NCBI GenBank assembly: GCA_040755315.1
Contig: JBFMBF010000001.1
Span: forward strand, 29,109 to 93,108
DNA from: Candidatus Hadarchaeota archaeon
GTDB lineage: Archaea > Hadarchaeota > Hadarchaeia > Hadarchaeales > Hadarchaeaceae
DNA length: 64,000 bases
Reading direction: 5' to 3'
The notes under the pieces are model-generated. The model was given only the letters and a program-made list of their open reading frames with translations, made no database searches and was not told the origin of the DNA. The position numbers and the translations under genes were made by a program. The number at the start of each line of letters is the position of its first letter. Position 1 is the stretch's first letter. Positions 56,501-63,892 of this stretch are shown here, one piece after another.

Positions 56501-58242
56501 GGGACGGGGTGCGCTGGATGCTCCAGCGACGTCGCGGCGGTGGCGGAGTCGGCACACTCGGCGAGAACGAAGAAATCCTCGACAACGTGGAACCCGCCGA
56601 AGAGTCCCACATGTACACCTCCGGCCCCACCACCAAGCTAAGCGGCACATGGAAGATTTTCATTGACAGCGAAAGCATCACGGTCTGGCTGGACAGCGAG
56701 CTGGTGGAGCCCGCCAGGTCGCACGAGCTGAACTTCACAAGCGCCTACCTTTACCTGGTCGAACGCACGAAGGTCGCGCCCGTCTACACGGTAAGCTTTG
56801 ACCACGTTATTGTGCAGGAGTTTTCGGCAGACGCCAGCGTCGGCATCGACACCGTCCCGCCCAAATCGTCCGTTGACCGTATTTCACCCTACTGGCAGGC
56901 CTCGGCGCCGTTCACGATAACAGCCACGGCTTCCGACGGGATGGCCGCGCCCCCCAGGGAAGATTTTGAGGGCAAAACAATTTCGAGCCTTAGAGGGCAG
57001 GGCTGGAAAATCTACCTAGAGCCCGGCTCTTCCCCTGCTCCATCGTCGGAAGTGGTCGATGGAGTGCTCAGGATGACCAACACCTCTGGGAACTGGTACG
57101 GCCTGTATTACCCGGCTGAGTGGACCGACTACACGCTGTCCTTCAGGGCGAGATACTCAGCATACGCAGCTGTAACGCTGTTCCACATGGGAGACCCGGT
57201 CGAGGCGACATCGTTAGAGTTGATTCCGAGCTATGCTTTCAGGTTCGGGGAGACCTACTCCCTGCTCGGCTGGTACGGCCCGGGCTACGGCGGCTGGTGG
57301 CAGAGCGGCCCCGGGGTGGCGCCGGACATCTGGCATGATTTCGAGATAAGGGTCGACGGGACAAGCTTTGAGGTAAGTGTCGACGGGGCGCAGGGGCTCG
57401 CCTTTACCAGCGACAGGTGGTTGAGCGGGGGAATCGGGTTCATCGTGGCGGGGGGAACGCTGGAGATTGACGATGTGGTTGTGGCCGGAGTTGATTACGT
57501 GCCCACCAGCGGCGTCTCGGACGTGAAACTGTACTACAGAAGCTCGTTCGACGGACTGAACTGGGGTGGGTGGAAGCTGTTTGGAGAAGACGGCACGGCG
57601 CCGTACGAGTGGTCGTTCGACATCCCAGCTGGCTACGGATTCTATGAGTTCTACTCTGTCGCCACCGATGTCGCGGGAAACGTCGAGGCGCCTCCGGGTT
57701 GGGCCGACGCCAGCTGCGCCACCCTGATACAGGCGACAGTCGACATAGACCCCGACACCCTGAACCTGAAGAGCAAGGGCAAGTGGATAACGGCCTACAT
57801 TGAGCTGCCGGATAGCCTTGATGTGGCAAACATTGATGTGAGCACTGTGGCCATCGAGGGCGACACCTTCCTTGAAGGGGCATTGTTCGCCGAGTCCCGG
57901 CCAACGAAAATCGGCGACCATGATAGCGACGGAATCCCGGACTTGATGGTCAAGTTCAACAGGTCGGCCGTTCAGGGGCTGGTGAGTGTTGGCGACAACG
58001 TTGAGCTGGTTGTGGTTGGGAAGTGGAACGAGATTCCATTCCGCGGGAGCGACAGCATCCGGGTAATCGACCCCGGCCAGAGCTGCGATGAAAGTCATGA
58101 GGACAAGCCAAACGCTCCGCCAAGCCATTCAGTAAGTCATCCGGGACAAGGCCAAGGCGATCAAGGACATGGTAACTCCGGCGGGAATCAAGGACAGGGC
58201 AACAGAAACAGTGAAAAAACCGGGAAGGGTAAGAGGAATTGA
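50587..58242 (+). CDS. Giant secreted multidomain surface protein (2551 aa)
   Basis: The signal peptide is followed by an N-terminal domain with no recognised family, then an HExxH (LAHEVGHALG) zincin-like, M6/InhA-like peptidase region. An FlgD-Ig-like domain follows (FSPNRDGIKDTATVSY...WDGRDEDG). There are at least five copies of a roughly 110-aa module (DTxPPxS...VELWYRYSPDNxSW..W..YG...P..W.F....GDGFYEFYSVATD..GN.E.PP). A PQQ-type beta-propeller segment (LYSLDANTGEILW, VVALNAQNGSYIWD) and two concanavalin/LamG-like (DUF1080-like) jelly-roll regions follow. The tail is Gly/Gln/His-rich with no C-terminal TM anchor. Confidence 0.8.
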   Translation: MRPLAVALVLLFVSTYLAPLSSALEENSSATFSFTIPQDENTQAENSSQGPDATSPDNGENLDNSEPENLVWYYAENLWAPAEVHSPFANRVFFINAPYDPTEGLPENMLGLPDGVYCDLNGGQATVGFPNEARNAFLDYGVPIPPGTDLIIFDRGSLDLPNLVTFGFGAPVDADNDGMADNPSGVASYIGGAVSPLPYGSIELLNLAFFDIGDYGQLNPIPNNLFVSVDDAGDYDVDSFEIGFSVLDTAPPTSMVLPFDGEEYWKELEPGQSFSVSAVAADNVGVRNVQLWYRYSLDNWTDNVAWKKRGWQLYGADVSGADGWSWNFTPEKYGYYEFVSVATDSSGNREDKENVFRDNLAEARCRVAKDLVRVAVIFAEPNDVDNLGQRNWVDPQTGQTENLPTREFFRRTFGILKSYCDEVSSGALAVRLEDEDIHDANGIWYTLGMPQNNYLYFYRPAGSWTYSNQFLIDAINAADVDIVYGDYKAVIVVGALGTFPGLFAYYGGADYKLEEVKTNTDEIAYNPIFFDELDVDPNDLTLAHEVGHALGKILANEKLPELYNTTGSWGDVDGWDPMGNERWPVHYSSWSKERLKWLNYQKGDLTSPLGGVLAGHIDALPTLAYGDNVYFLKVDRQDQWWWGWGNEVWYALEFRTNDPSVSKGDTDVRGTGLVIYQVDYSWELWGLKSYTRVNVVENDQDPASPTWLLPWEIYHSGIGNGAIFAAGEIFYHTDEAFPWGKVPSMNFVVQYPYPKSSATAVMFQIPYELRGALASASVQPSPDLDLHAYAADGRHVGVNYETGEYEIEITGATSSGDLFQGSEWISVPSGIDAFFVVSSRDVKEAIQAGVELENEAGLYAIRVAHTDENRNLYFSHAIGREIMPGEEIAHTTTARVKIENIATKPFSPNRDGIKDTATVSYLLIDNFWQKAKVLIDIYNDDNKLVKRLFSDWENAGRDGLLYLYTWDGRDEDGAIAPDGVYTVRVDAADAMGNRDEASAQVIVDTTYPVSLVESPRLWQNTENFTVTATTSHDLSGIENVELWYRYSPDNLSWSDWQLYGFNNEEPYSWNFMAENDGFYDFYSRATDWAGNAEPRPRKGNWSMYGANPGQTFYSNSSVPLRPALAWSRNFESEICAPVIADNMVYVVKEDGIASLQASTGSTVWEHSGLGYGGPEVTYGPAVVGGNAYAFFGVDGEGYLYSLDANTGEILWRAAPPYGADYTMKVLVADGVVYRVFVDDYGNPAQVVALNAQNGSYIWDTGDMGGNLYAVEDGRVYLSRGASGADWVDAATGEFGGHYVYLVDGEIVSCPYDGSTRLDFLYEEEIEVEYGRRYEFYFWCPKHGHVVVREGQEMEKTFAGQRFPVEPRALAVADGIAYIYGEDGSLRAVDTATMQTRWSAELLQTPRLPGYTRVRHDGALAVGDGRAYLDLREVYSAYEGGRWITTSYHTIYTVDSSTGELLWGYDFGWWPLDGGWSLHHPYLSLAAVDGKLVVGSPDGLFILNGGNDSIVWKNEDVGFGKVALAGGGIYYAAGNSLFYFEPSKVQVGVDTAPPDSLVTPIEPHWRTLGPLEVSATASDALSGAENVELWYRHSTDNVTWSGWKPYGNMSAGEALHKVKLRIEFPEKVKWVNGGVMVGNHVFQQTYEENSVFELETPAAFRRGDTVQWYIDMCVEGAGGEVEYWTGYQTLAIEDKDVLINMVIHDLTDERAFSFMISEYLTPQTFQITFTPPAGDGLYDFYSIAIDRAGNREQPPETADTRAGVDTTPPESHANPITPYWRNANAVPFEVTATAFDGLSGVKRVELWYRYSPDNRSWGNWAMFGTDNGSPWQWQFDAPEGDGFYEFCSVATDELGNAEFLVPVFVDEFAGTLDSTTWAVGKVKVKNDSAAVSGGHLQLASRAATAGTYGAIYAVSNSPFDFSRGLIFDVSMSVPTDNAPADFRSEFYLAPDYTTTANPHDQPNWIRVSASVDRDGVRWMLQRRRGGGGVGTLGENEEILDNVEPAEESHMYTSGPTTKLSGTWKIFIDSESITVWLDSELVEPARSHELNFTSAYLYLVERTKVAPVYTVSFDHVIVQEFSADASVGIDTVPPKSSVDRISPYWQASAPFTITATASDGMAAPPREDFEGKTISSLRGQGWKIYLEPGSSPAPSSEVVDGVLRMTNTSGNWYGLYYPAEWTDYTLSFRARYSAYAAVTLFHMGDPVEATSLELIPSYAFRFGETYSLLGWYGPGYGGWWQSGPGVAPDIWHDFEIRVDGTSFEVSVDGAQGLAFTSDRWLSGGIGFIVAGGTLEIDDVVVAGVDYVPTSGVSDVKLYYRSSFDGLNWGGWKLFGEDGTAPYEWSFDIPAGYGFYEFYSVATDVAGNVEAPPGWADASCATLIQATVDIDPDTLNLKSKGKWITAYIELPDSLDVANIDVSTVAIEGDTFLEGALFAESRPTKIGDHDSDGIPDLMVKFNRSAVQGLVSVGDNVELVVVGKWNEIPFRGSDSIRVIDPGQSCDESHEDKPNAPPSHSVSHPGQGQGDQGHGNSGGNQGQGNRNSEKTGKGKRN

Positions 58243-58947
58243 ATGCAGGCCGTAATTCTTGCCGGAGGTATAGGTACTCGGCTCAAGCCGCTGACTGAAA
58301 AAGTACCTAAAACCATGATTCCCGTCTACGGCAGGCCTTTCCTCGAGTACCAGCTCAGCCTTCTCAAAAGGAGTGGGATTTCCAACGTCGTGCTCTGCAT
58401 CGGCTACTTGGGCAGCAAGATCAAGAAGCACTTCGGCAACGGCGAAAAGTTCGGGCTGAAAATCAGCTACAGCGAGGAGGGGAACAAGCTTCTGGGGACG
58501 GCCGGGGCGCTGAAGAAGGCCGAGAGATTGCTTGAAGACGAGTTTTTCGTCACCTACGGGGACGCCTACCTCATGCTGGACTACAGGGGCGTCATGCAAC
58601 GCTTCAAAAAGAGCAAAAAGCTCGGGCTGATGGTCGTCTACAAGAATTTTGACAAGTACGACCGGAGCAACGTCGTGGTTGGAGGAGGCCTGGTGAAGGT
58701 CTACAGCAAGAAGAGAAAGGCCCCTGGGATGGTTTACATAGATTTCGGGGTCTCCGCCTTCAGGAAGGAGGCGCTGGCCTTGGTGCCGAAGAATAAGGTG
58801 GTGGACCTGGAGGACTTGAACCAGAAGCTCATTGAAAAGGGGGAGCTGCTTGCGTTTGAGACCGACCAGAGGTTCTACGAGGTCGGCGGGCCAGAGAGTT
58901 TGAAAGAGTTCGAAGCGCTGATGTCGTCAGGAAAAATCAAAATTTGA
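58243..58947 (+). CDS. hddC: Sugar-phosphate nucleotidyltransferase, D-glycero-D-manno-heptose 1-phosphate guanylyltransferase (HddC)-like
   Basis: MQAVILAGGIGTRLKPLT NTP-transferase signature; short (234 aa) like HddC. The start immediately follows the giant gene's stop. Confidence 0.6.
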   Translation: MQAVILAGGIGTRLKPLTEKVPKTMIPVYGRPFLEYQLSLLKRSGISNVVLCIGYLGSKIKKHFGNGEKFGLKISYSEEGNKLLGTAGALKKAERLLEDEFFVTYGDAYLMLDYRGVMQRFKKSKKLGLMVVYKNFDKYDRSNVVVGGGLVKVYSKKRKAPGMVYIDFGVSAFRKEALALVPKNKVVDLEDLNQKLIEKGELLAFETDQRFYEVGGPESLKEFEALMSSGKIKI

Positions 58948-59126
58948 AGGCAGGCACCCCACCATCGCGGTTGACAAATGGTGCCCCAATTTTCCGGAAG
59001 CGCCAATGTGTGCAGCGGTATTTTTACTGGTTTTCAATTTTTGCATTGATTCAACTGAACTTATAATTGTTTATATGTTTGGTTAACTGGGCAAAAAATG
59101 TTTTTCAGCACAACACACACAATTTT

Positions 59127-59151
59127 GAGCCGGAATCCCGTCCGGTCCGCT
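59127..59151. repeat. Direct repeat copy 1 (TGAGCCGGAATCCCGTCCGGTCCGC)
   Basis: 23/25 identical to a second copy at 59957..59981. The repeats flank an AT-rich two-gene cassette. Each contains the short dyad GCCGG...CCGG(C/T). Confidence 0.5.
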
Positions 59152-59229
59152 TTTGCACGGGTTATCCACTGGAAAACGAACGCCAACCTGCAGAAAGCTT
59201 AATACTCTTTTCAGCTTTTGTTAATATTG

Positions 59230-59724
59230 ATGTACTACGAAAAAGTTTTGCGAGAGTTGAACGCAAGGGGGATCCTGTATATCGTGGCCGGAGGAATAGC
59301 CGTGAATCTACACGGCGTGCCTCGGGCAACGTCCGATTTGGATATACTTTTGTACTTGGAAAGTTCCAACGTTGGTAAACTTGTGGACATCATGAAAAAA
59401 CTTGGGTACAAGCCACGGGCGCCGGTCAGTTTCACCGATATAACTCTCGAAAACCTAGAAAAGTGGGTCAAAGAAAAACACATGAAGGCGTTCAGTTTTA
59501 TAAATCCCAAAGTACCGTACGAAGAAGTGGACATCATCTTAGACCATCCATTGGACTTCGAACGAGTTTACAAAAGAATAGAGTTCATAACAGCCAAAAA
59601 CGTGTCCATCCCGCTCATTTCACTGGATGATTTAATCAAACTGAAAAAACACTCTAAACGTTTACAGGATTTGTCCGATGTAGAGGCTTTAAGAAAGGTG
59701 AAAAAAATGAAAAAGGTGGCTTGA
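59230..59724 (+). CDS. Nucleotidyltransferase-fold protein (minimal NTase, AbiEii/DUF1814-like), hypothetical
   Basis: ILYIVAGGIAVNLHGVPRATSDLDILL resembles the GG...R.T.DLD motif of minimal nucleotidyltransferases. AT-rich. Confidence 0.4.
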   Translation: MYYEKVLRELNARGILYIVAGGIAVNLHGVPRATSDLDILLYLESSNVGKLVDIMKKLGYKPRAPVSFTDITLENLEKWVKEKHMKAFSFINPKVPYEEVDIILDHPLDFERVYKRIEFITAKNVSIPLISLDDLIKLKKHSKRLQDLSDVEALRKVKKMKKVA

Positions 59725-59725
59725 C

Positions 59726-59899
59726 ATGGAAAGAAAAGGTTTCAGGTACAACACTACCAAAGAAACAATAACAAATTACGCTGGGTTATCAGCCAGACAG
59801 AAACTGGAATGGTTGGAAGAAGCCAACAGATTTTTTTACAACTCCATGTCTCAAAGTAAAAGAAAAATAATGGAAAAATTCAGGTCTGGAAAGATTTGA
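59726..59899 (+). CDS. Small hypothetical protein (57 aa) immediately downstream of the NTase gene
   Basis: MERKGFRYNTTKETITNYAGLSARQKLEWLEEANRFFYNSMSQSKRKIMEKFRSGKI. Adjacent to the NTase stop; below the ORF-track size cutoff. No family recognised. Confidence 0.2.
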   Translation: MERKGFRYNTTKETITNYAGLSARQKLEWLEEANRFFYNSMSQSKRKIMEKFRSGKI

Positions 59900-59956
59900 A
59901 CGGGTTGATAAAAAAGAAAAAATTGGATCCGCCTTCGGCACAACCCGCCCATTCAT

Positions 59957-59981
59957 GAGCCGGAATCCCGCCCGGCCCGCG
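59957..59981. repeat. Direct repeat copy 2 (TGAGCCGGAATCCCGCCCGGCCCGC)
   Basis: Lies 8 nt beyond the transaldolase stop codon, so it could double as that gene's 3' hairpin. Confidence 0.5.
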
Positions 59982-59988
59982 GTTTGGA

Positions 59989-60663
59989 TTACTTCTTTTC
60001 CGCTTTCTTGAACTCCACCCAGCACTTGTCGAACTCAGCAATGGTCTCCTCTGTCTTCGGGTGGTACACCATCTGCATCAGTATCTTGTAGGGGATTGTG
60101 ATAACGTGCGCCCCGGCCACGGCCGCCTCCGCCACGTTCTCCGGCGCCCTTATGCTGCCAACGATGATCTTTGTGTCAAGGCCGCCCTGGTCGATTATGC
60201 TCCTGGACTCCCTGATTATCCTCACCGGGTCTATCCCCGCGTCCTTTGTCCTGCCGAAGAAGATGCTGGCATAAGTCGCCCCGGCCTTGGCCGCCAGCAA
60301 GACCTGGTTGGTGTTGACTAGGACCGTCATGTTGGTCTTGATGTTTTCCTCGCTGAGCTTGCTGACGATTTTCATGCCCAGCCCATCCGGGTACATCGGG
60401 ACCTTGATCACGATGTTCTTCGGGTTCCAGCTTGAGTACTCCCTGGCCTCGTCAAGCAGATCCTTCAAGGAGCAGTTTGTCCCCGTCAGCTCCACGCTGA
60501 GCGGCCCGTCCACAAGATCGAGTATCTCGCGGGCCCTGTTCTTGAAGTTGACGCCCTTCTCCGCCAAGAATATCTTTTGGTTGGTAGTAACTCCGGTAAA
60601 GATTCCCCATGGCAACAGCTCCTTGATTTCTTTAACGCTGGCGGTGTCAAGGAATAATTCCAC
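59989..60663 (-). CDS. tal: Transaldolase / fructose-6-phosphate aldolase (short TalC/Fsa-type)
   Basis: MELFLDTAS N-terminus and a conserved Schiff-base Lys context (IVIKVP); about 224 aa. GTG start overlapping the gmhB stop. Confidence 0.8.
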   Translation of the reverse strand: MELFLDTASVKEIKELLPWGIFTGVTTNQKIFLAEKGVNFKNRAREILDLVDGPLSVELTGTNCSLKDLLDEAREYSSWNPKNIVIKVPMYPDGLGMKIVSKLSEENIKTNMTVLVNTNQVLLAAKAGATYASIFFGRTKDAGIDPVRIIRESRSIIDQGGLDTKIIVGSIRAPENVAEAAVAGAHVITIPYKILMQMVYHPKTEETIAEFDKCWVEFKKAEKK

Positions 60664-61250
60664 TACCTCACCTCTTTCCCGATGATTTTGGCCGCCTCGA
60701 GCAGGTTCGGGACGACAAAATCTGGCTTCGCACGCTTCTCATCCATTAACCTTAGCAAATCGCTCTTTAAATAACCTATCAGGAAAGTTCTGCACCCGGC
60801 AGCTTTCCCGGCCTGGATGTCGGTCACGCTGTCGCCGATCATGTAGCTTTTTTTGAGGTCTATCCACAGGTCCTTCGCCGCCATCAGCAGCAGCCCCGGC
60901 TTCGGCTTCCGGCACCTGCACCTGGCCCTGTATTTTTTGAGCCTGGCCTGAGGGTGGTGGAAGCAGTAGTACTCGGCGTCTATGCGGGCGCCGCCTTTTT
61001 TGAGCCCCCGCAGCATCTTCTGCCGGATTTTTTCAAAAAGCGCCATCGTGGTCTTGCCCTTGGCTATCGCTGGCTGGTTCGAGGCGATGACGACCTTCAG
61101 CCCCATTCGGTTGAAAATCCTGATGGCCTTCGCGACGTTCGGGAGCAGCCTGAACTGCCGCGGGTTCAGCGGGGAGTCCGCCACGCCAAGCTCCGGGAAG
61201 TAGACTATCTCGTTTATAACGCCGTCCCTGTCAAGGAATACTGCCCTCAC
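60663..61250 (-). CDS. gmhB: HAD-IIIA phosphatase, D-glycero-D-manno-heptose 1,7-bisphosphate phosphatase (GmhB)-like
   Basis: VFLDRDGVIN motif I and GDSVTD motif; about 195 aa. Confidence 0.7.
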   Translation of the reverse strand: MRAVFLDRDGVINEIVYFPELGVADSPLNPRQFRLLPNVAKAIRIFNRMGLKVVIASNQPAIAKGKTTMALFEKIRQKMLRGLKKGGARIDAEYYCFHHPQARLKKYRARCRCRKPKPGLLLMAAKDLWIDLKKSYMIGDSVTDIQAGKAAGCRTFLIGYLKSDLLRLMDEKRAKPDFVVPNLLEAAKIIGKEVR

Positions 61251-61260
61251 GGATGCCCCT

Positions 61261-61863
61261 TCAGGATTTTGTTATCAGCTCACGCAGTCTCGCAGCGAGG
61301 AGGTGGGAAAGCACTGAGTGGAAGCCCTCCACCTGCGGCGTTGAGTTGGCCGGCACCACCACGCAGACATCCGCCACCTTCTTCAGCATGCCGCCGTCGA
61401 AGCCCGAGAAGCCGATGACCTTCCCGCCGTTGTCCTTGACGAACCTGACGGCCTTCAGGAGGTTCTGTGACCACGGCCCGGCCTTGTCGGCGCCAGCCCC
61501 CCCATGGACGCTGAATGCGACGAAGATGTCCCCCCGGTTCATCAGGTTCCTCAGCTGTTCAACGTACACATTTTCCCATCCGAGGTCGTTTGTGATTGCC
61601 GTGGTGAGAGGGATGTTTTCATTGAGGGAAATGGTCCTGAACCTCTTCTTGCCGTGGACCGAGGTGAACTTTGACAGGTCGGCCGCGAGGTGCATTGCCG
61701 TTGCAGCCGACCCCCCGTTGCCGGCCGTGAATACCTGTTTCCCCTCTTTCCAGGCCTTGAACAAGAGCCCGACAGCCCTAGAAATGTTTTCCTGGGAAAT
61801 GCTGCCCGCTATCCCAGCGACACCATGCAGATAATTGTCCACGAACGCCTTGTTTTGCACCAT
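61261..61863 (-). CDS. gmhA: Sedoheptulose-7-phosphate isomerase (SIS domain; GmhA)
   Basis: SIS-domain pattern VFTAGNGGSAATAMHLAADL and HGGAG, matching phosphoheptose isomerase; about 200 aa. Confidence 0.8.
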   Translation of the reverse strand: MVQNKAFVDNYLHGVAGIAGSISQENISRAVGLLFKAWKEGKQVFTAGNGGSAATAMHLAADLSKFTSVHGKKRFRTISLNENIPLTTAITNDLGWENVYVEQLRNLMNRGDIFVAFSVHGGAGADKAGPWSQNLLKAVRFVKDNGGKVIGFSGFDGGMLKKVADVCVVVPANSTPQVEGFHSVLSHLLAARLRELITKS

Positions 61864-61948
61864 TCACCCAAGCTCTGTCTACTGGACAATAAAAATCTTC
61901 TTGGGCAAGGCTAAAATAAGCGCCATAGACTAGTCTTTTGGTGTTCAA

Positions 61949-62896
61949 ATGCGGGAAGCTTTGTTCCAGATGTACAGAAAAATATTCAGTAGAAGCATCA
62001 TATTGCTTTCGAAGCTGGGAATCAAGCCCACAGGCCATGGCATTTGCGGATTTTATCCAGCAAAATTGTTTGACAGCTTCGTTCGCTCCAGCGTTTCTCC
62101 AGAGTCCGTAGAAGTTCTGGGGCACAAGATGTTTCTTGATCCTAAGGATTCCCTTTTCCTGTCGATTAACAAGGTTTACGAGCCTTTAACAACTGAGCTT
62201 GTAAAACAAGAGGTAAAAAAAGGGGACGTGGTTCTAGATGTCGGTGCCCACATAGGGTATTTCACATTGATTTTTGCCAGGCTTGTTGGAAGCACTGGGA
62301 AGGTATTTGCGTTTGAACCTGAGCCAAACAACTTTGTGTTGCTTGAAAAAAATGTGCGGGCGAACGGCTACGGCAACGTGGCGCTGGTCCAAAAGGCGGT
62401 GTCAAACAAAACCGAGAAAATCAAATTGTATTTGTCCGGTGATTTCACGGTGGATCACGCCATTTACAACTCGGGTGGCAAAAAGTTTGTTAGTGTAGAC
62501 TCGACGCGGCCGGATGATTTTATAAAGAATCACGGCTGGCGGGTTGATTTTGTAAAAATGGACATCCAAGGTGCGGAGGGGCTGGCGATAGAGGGGATGA
62601 AATCCATCATCCAAGAAAACAAAAATATAAAGATGGTTATCGAGGTCTGGCCAGTTGGGCATAAAAAGGTCGGCACAAATCCCAGAGATTTTTTAGAGTT
62701 TCTTTTGAAAGAGGGATTCAAACTTTACGAAATCAACGAAGGTCAGAAAAAAATAGAGCCGGTCAGAATAGACGAATTCCTAAAAGTGTACACTCCTGAA
62801 AAGGAAAATTTCACAAATGTATTCTGCACCAGGGAAGCGTGGTCTCCCGGGGCGTTACTCAAAAAGGCCGATGTTCTCGGACATCCAGCCGTCTAA
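61949..62896 (+). CDS. FkbM-family SAM-dependent methyltransferase
   Basis: VLDVGAHIGYFTL and FAFEPEPNNF are typical FkbM-domain motifs. AT-rich. Confidence 0.7.
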   Translation: MREALFQMYRKIFSRSIILLSKLGIKPTGHGICGFYPAKLFDSFVRSSVSPESVEVLGHKMFLDPKDSLFLSINKVYEPLTTELVKQEVKKGDVVLDVGAHIGYFTLIFARLVGSTGKVFAFEPEPNNFVLLEKNVRANGYGNVALVQKAVSNKTEKIKLYLSGDFTVDHAIYNSGGKKFVSVDSTRPDDFIKNHGWRVDFVKMDIQGAEGLAIEGMKSIIQENKNIKMVIEVWPVGHKKVGTNPRDFLEFLLKEGFKLYEINEGQKKIEPVRIDEFLKVYTPEKENFTNVFCTREAWSPGALLKKADVLGHPAV

Positions 62897-63892
62897 TTTC
62901 GCCACGCCCTCTTCAGGGCTTACGGCAGGCTTCCAGCCGAGAATTTTCTGAGCCTTTGTCGTGTCTGAGATGTAAACTTTCTGGTCAGCCGGCCGCCAAT
63001 CTGCGAACGAAATTTTTGGTTTCTGCCCAGTAACGCGTTCCAGGAGGTCGACCAGCTCCAGAAGCGACAGGGTGTTTTTCACCCCGCCCCCCATGTTGAA
63101 AACTTCATGCTTCGGTCCGCTGCGCAAAAATTTGTCAAAAGCCCTCACCAAATCCTCGACGTAAAGCACGTCCCTGACCTGTTTCCCGTCCCCGTAGATT
63201 TTTATCTTTTTTTTCAGCTTCGTCGCCAGCGTGAGCCAGGCAATCCAGCCGTGCTCCTCCACGCCGAACTGTCGCGCGCCGTAGATACAGCTCATCCGGA
63301 ACACCCCGGTTTTCAGCCCGTAGGTGTGGGAATAATCCTGCATGTAAATGTCCCCCACAAGCTTCGAGCAGCCATATGGCGTGTGCCAGGTCCTGTCGAC
63401 CGGGAAGTCCTCCGGTATGCCGTTTTTGTACTTCTTGTCTGCGAAGATGTACCTTCTCCTACCTTCGGCCACAGGGACCTTGTTCACGTTGTCCCCGTAA
63501 ACCTTGTTGGTCGAGCAGTACACCACGGAAGAATCGTTCTGGCGCGCCGCTTCCAGCACGTTGAAAGTGCCCAGAGCGTTGACATCGAAATCCAGCTGAG
63601 GGTCGTTGATCGAAGTTCTGACGGCAACTTGGGCGGCGGTGTGGATTATCGCGTTCGAACCCTTCGCCGCAGTTTTCAGGTCTTCGGGCTTTCTCACGTC
63701 GCCTTTGATCAGCTTCACATTTTTGAGCTTTTTCAGGTAGTCCCAGTTGAACGTTGGCGCGCCGACTTCCTCGCCGAGCATCTTCCACCTTGAAAGGTTG
63801 TCCAATATCACTACTTCATCAGATTTTTTTGAGTAGTATTCCGCGGCGTGCGAGCCGATAAATCCCGCCCCACCAGTGATCAGCACCTTCAT
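62855..63892 (-). CDS. NAD-dependent sugar epimerase (CDP-paratose 2-epimerase-like extended SDR)
   Basis: MKVLITGGAGFIGSH and a YGCSK catalytic YxxxK. Start taken at the internal MKVL. Confidence 0.75.
   Translation of the reverse strand: MKVLITGGAGFIGSHAAEYYSKKSDEVVILDNLSRWKMLGEEVGAPTFNWDYLKKLKNVKLIKGDVRKPEDLKTAAKGSNAIIHTAAQVAVRTSINDPQLDFDVNALGTFNVLEAARQNDSSVVYCSTNKVYGDNVNKVPVAEGRRRYIFADKKYKNGIPEDFPVDRTWHTPYGCSKLVGDIYMQDYSHTYGLKTGVFRMSCIYGARQFGVEEHGWIAWLTLATKLKKKIKIYGDGKQVRDVLYVEDLVRAFDKFLRSGPKHEVFNMGGGVKNTLSLLELVDLLERVTGQKPKISFADWRPADQKVYISDTTKAQKILGWKPAVSPEEGVAKLDGWMSENIGLFE

Noticed and set aside
63107-63793. 228-aa plus-strand ORF
   Set aside because: Antisense to the well-supported CDP-paratose-epimerase-like gene, with no motifs of its own.
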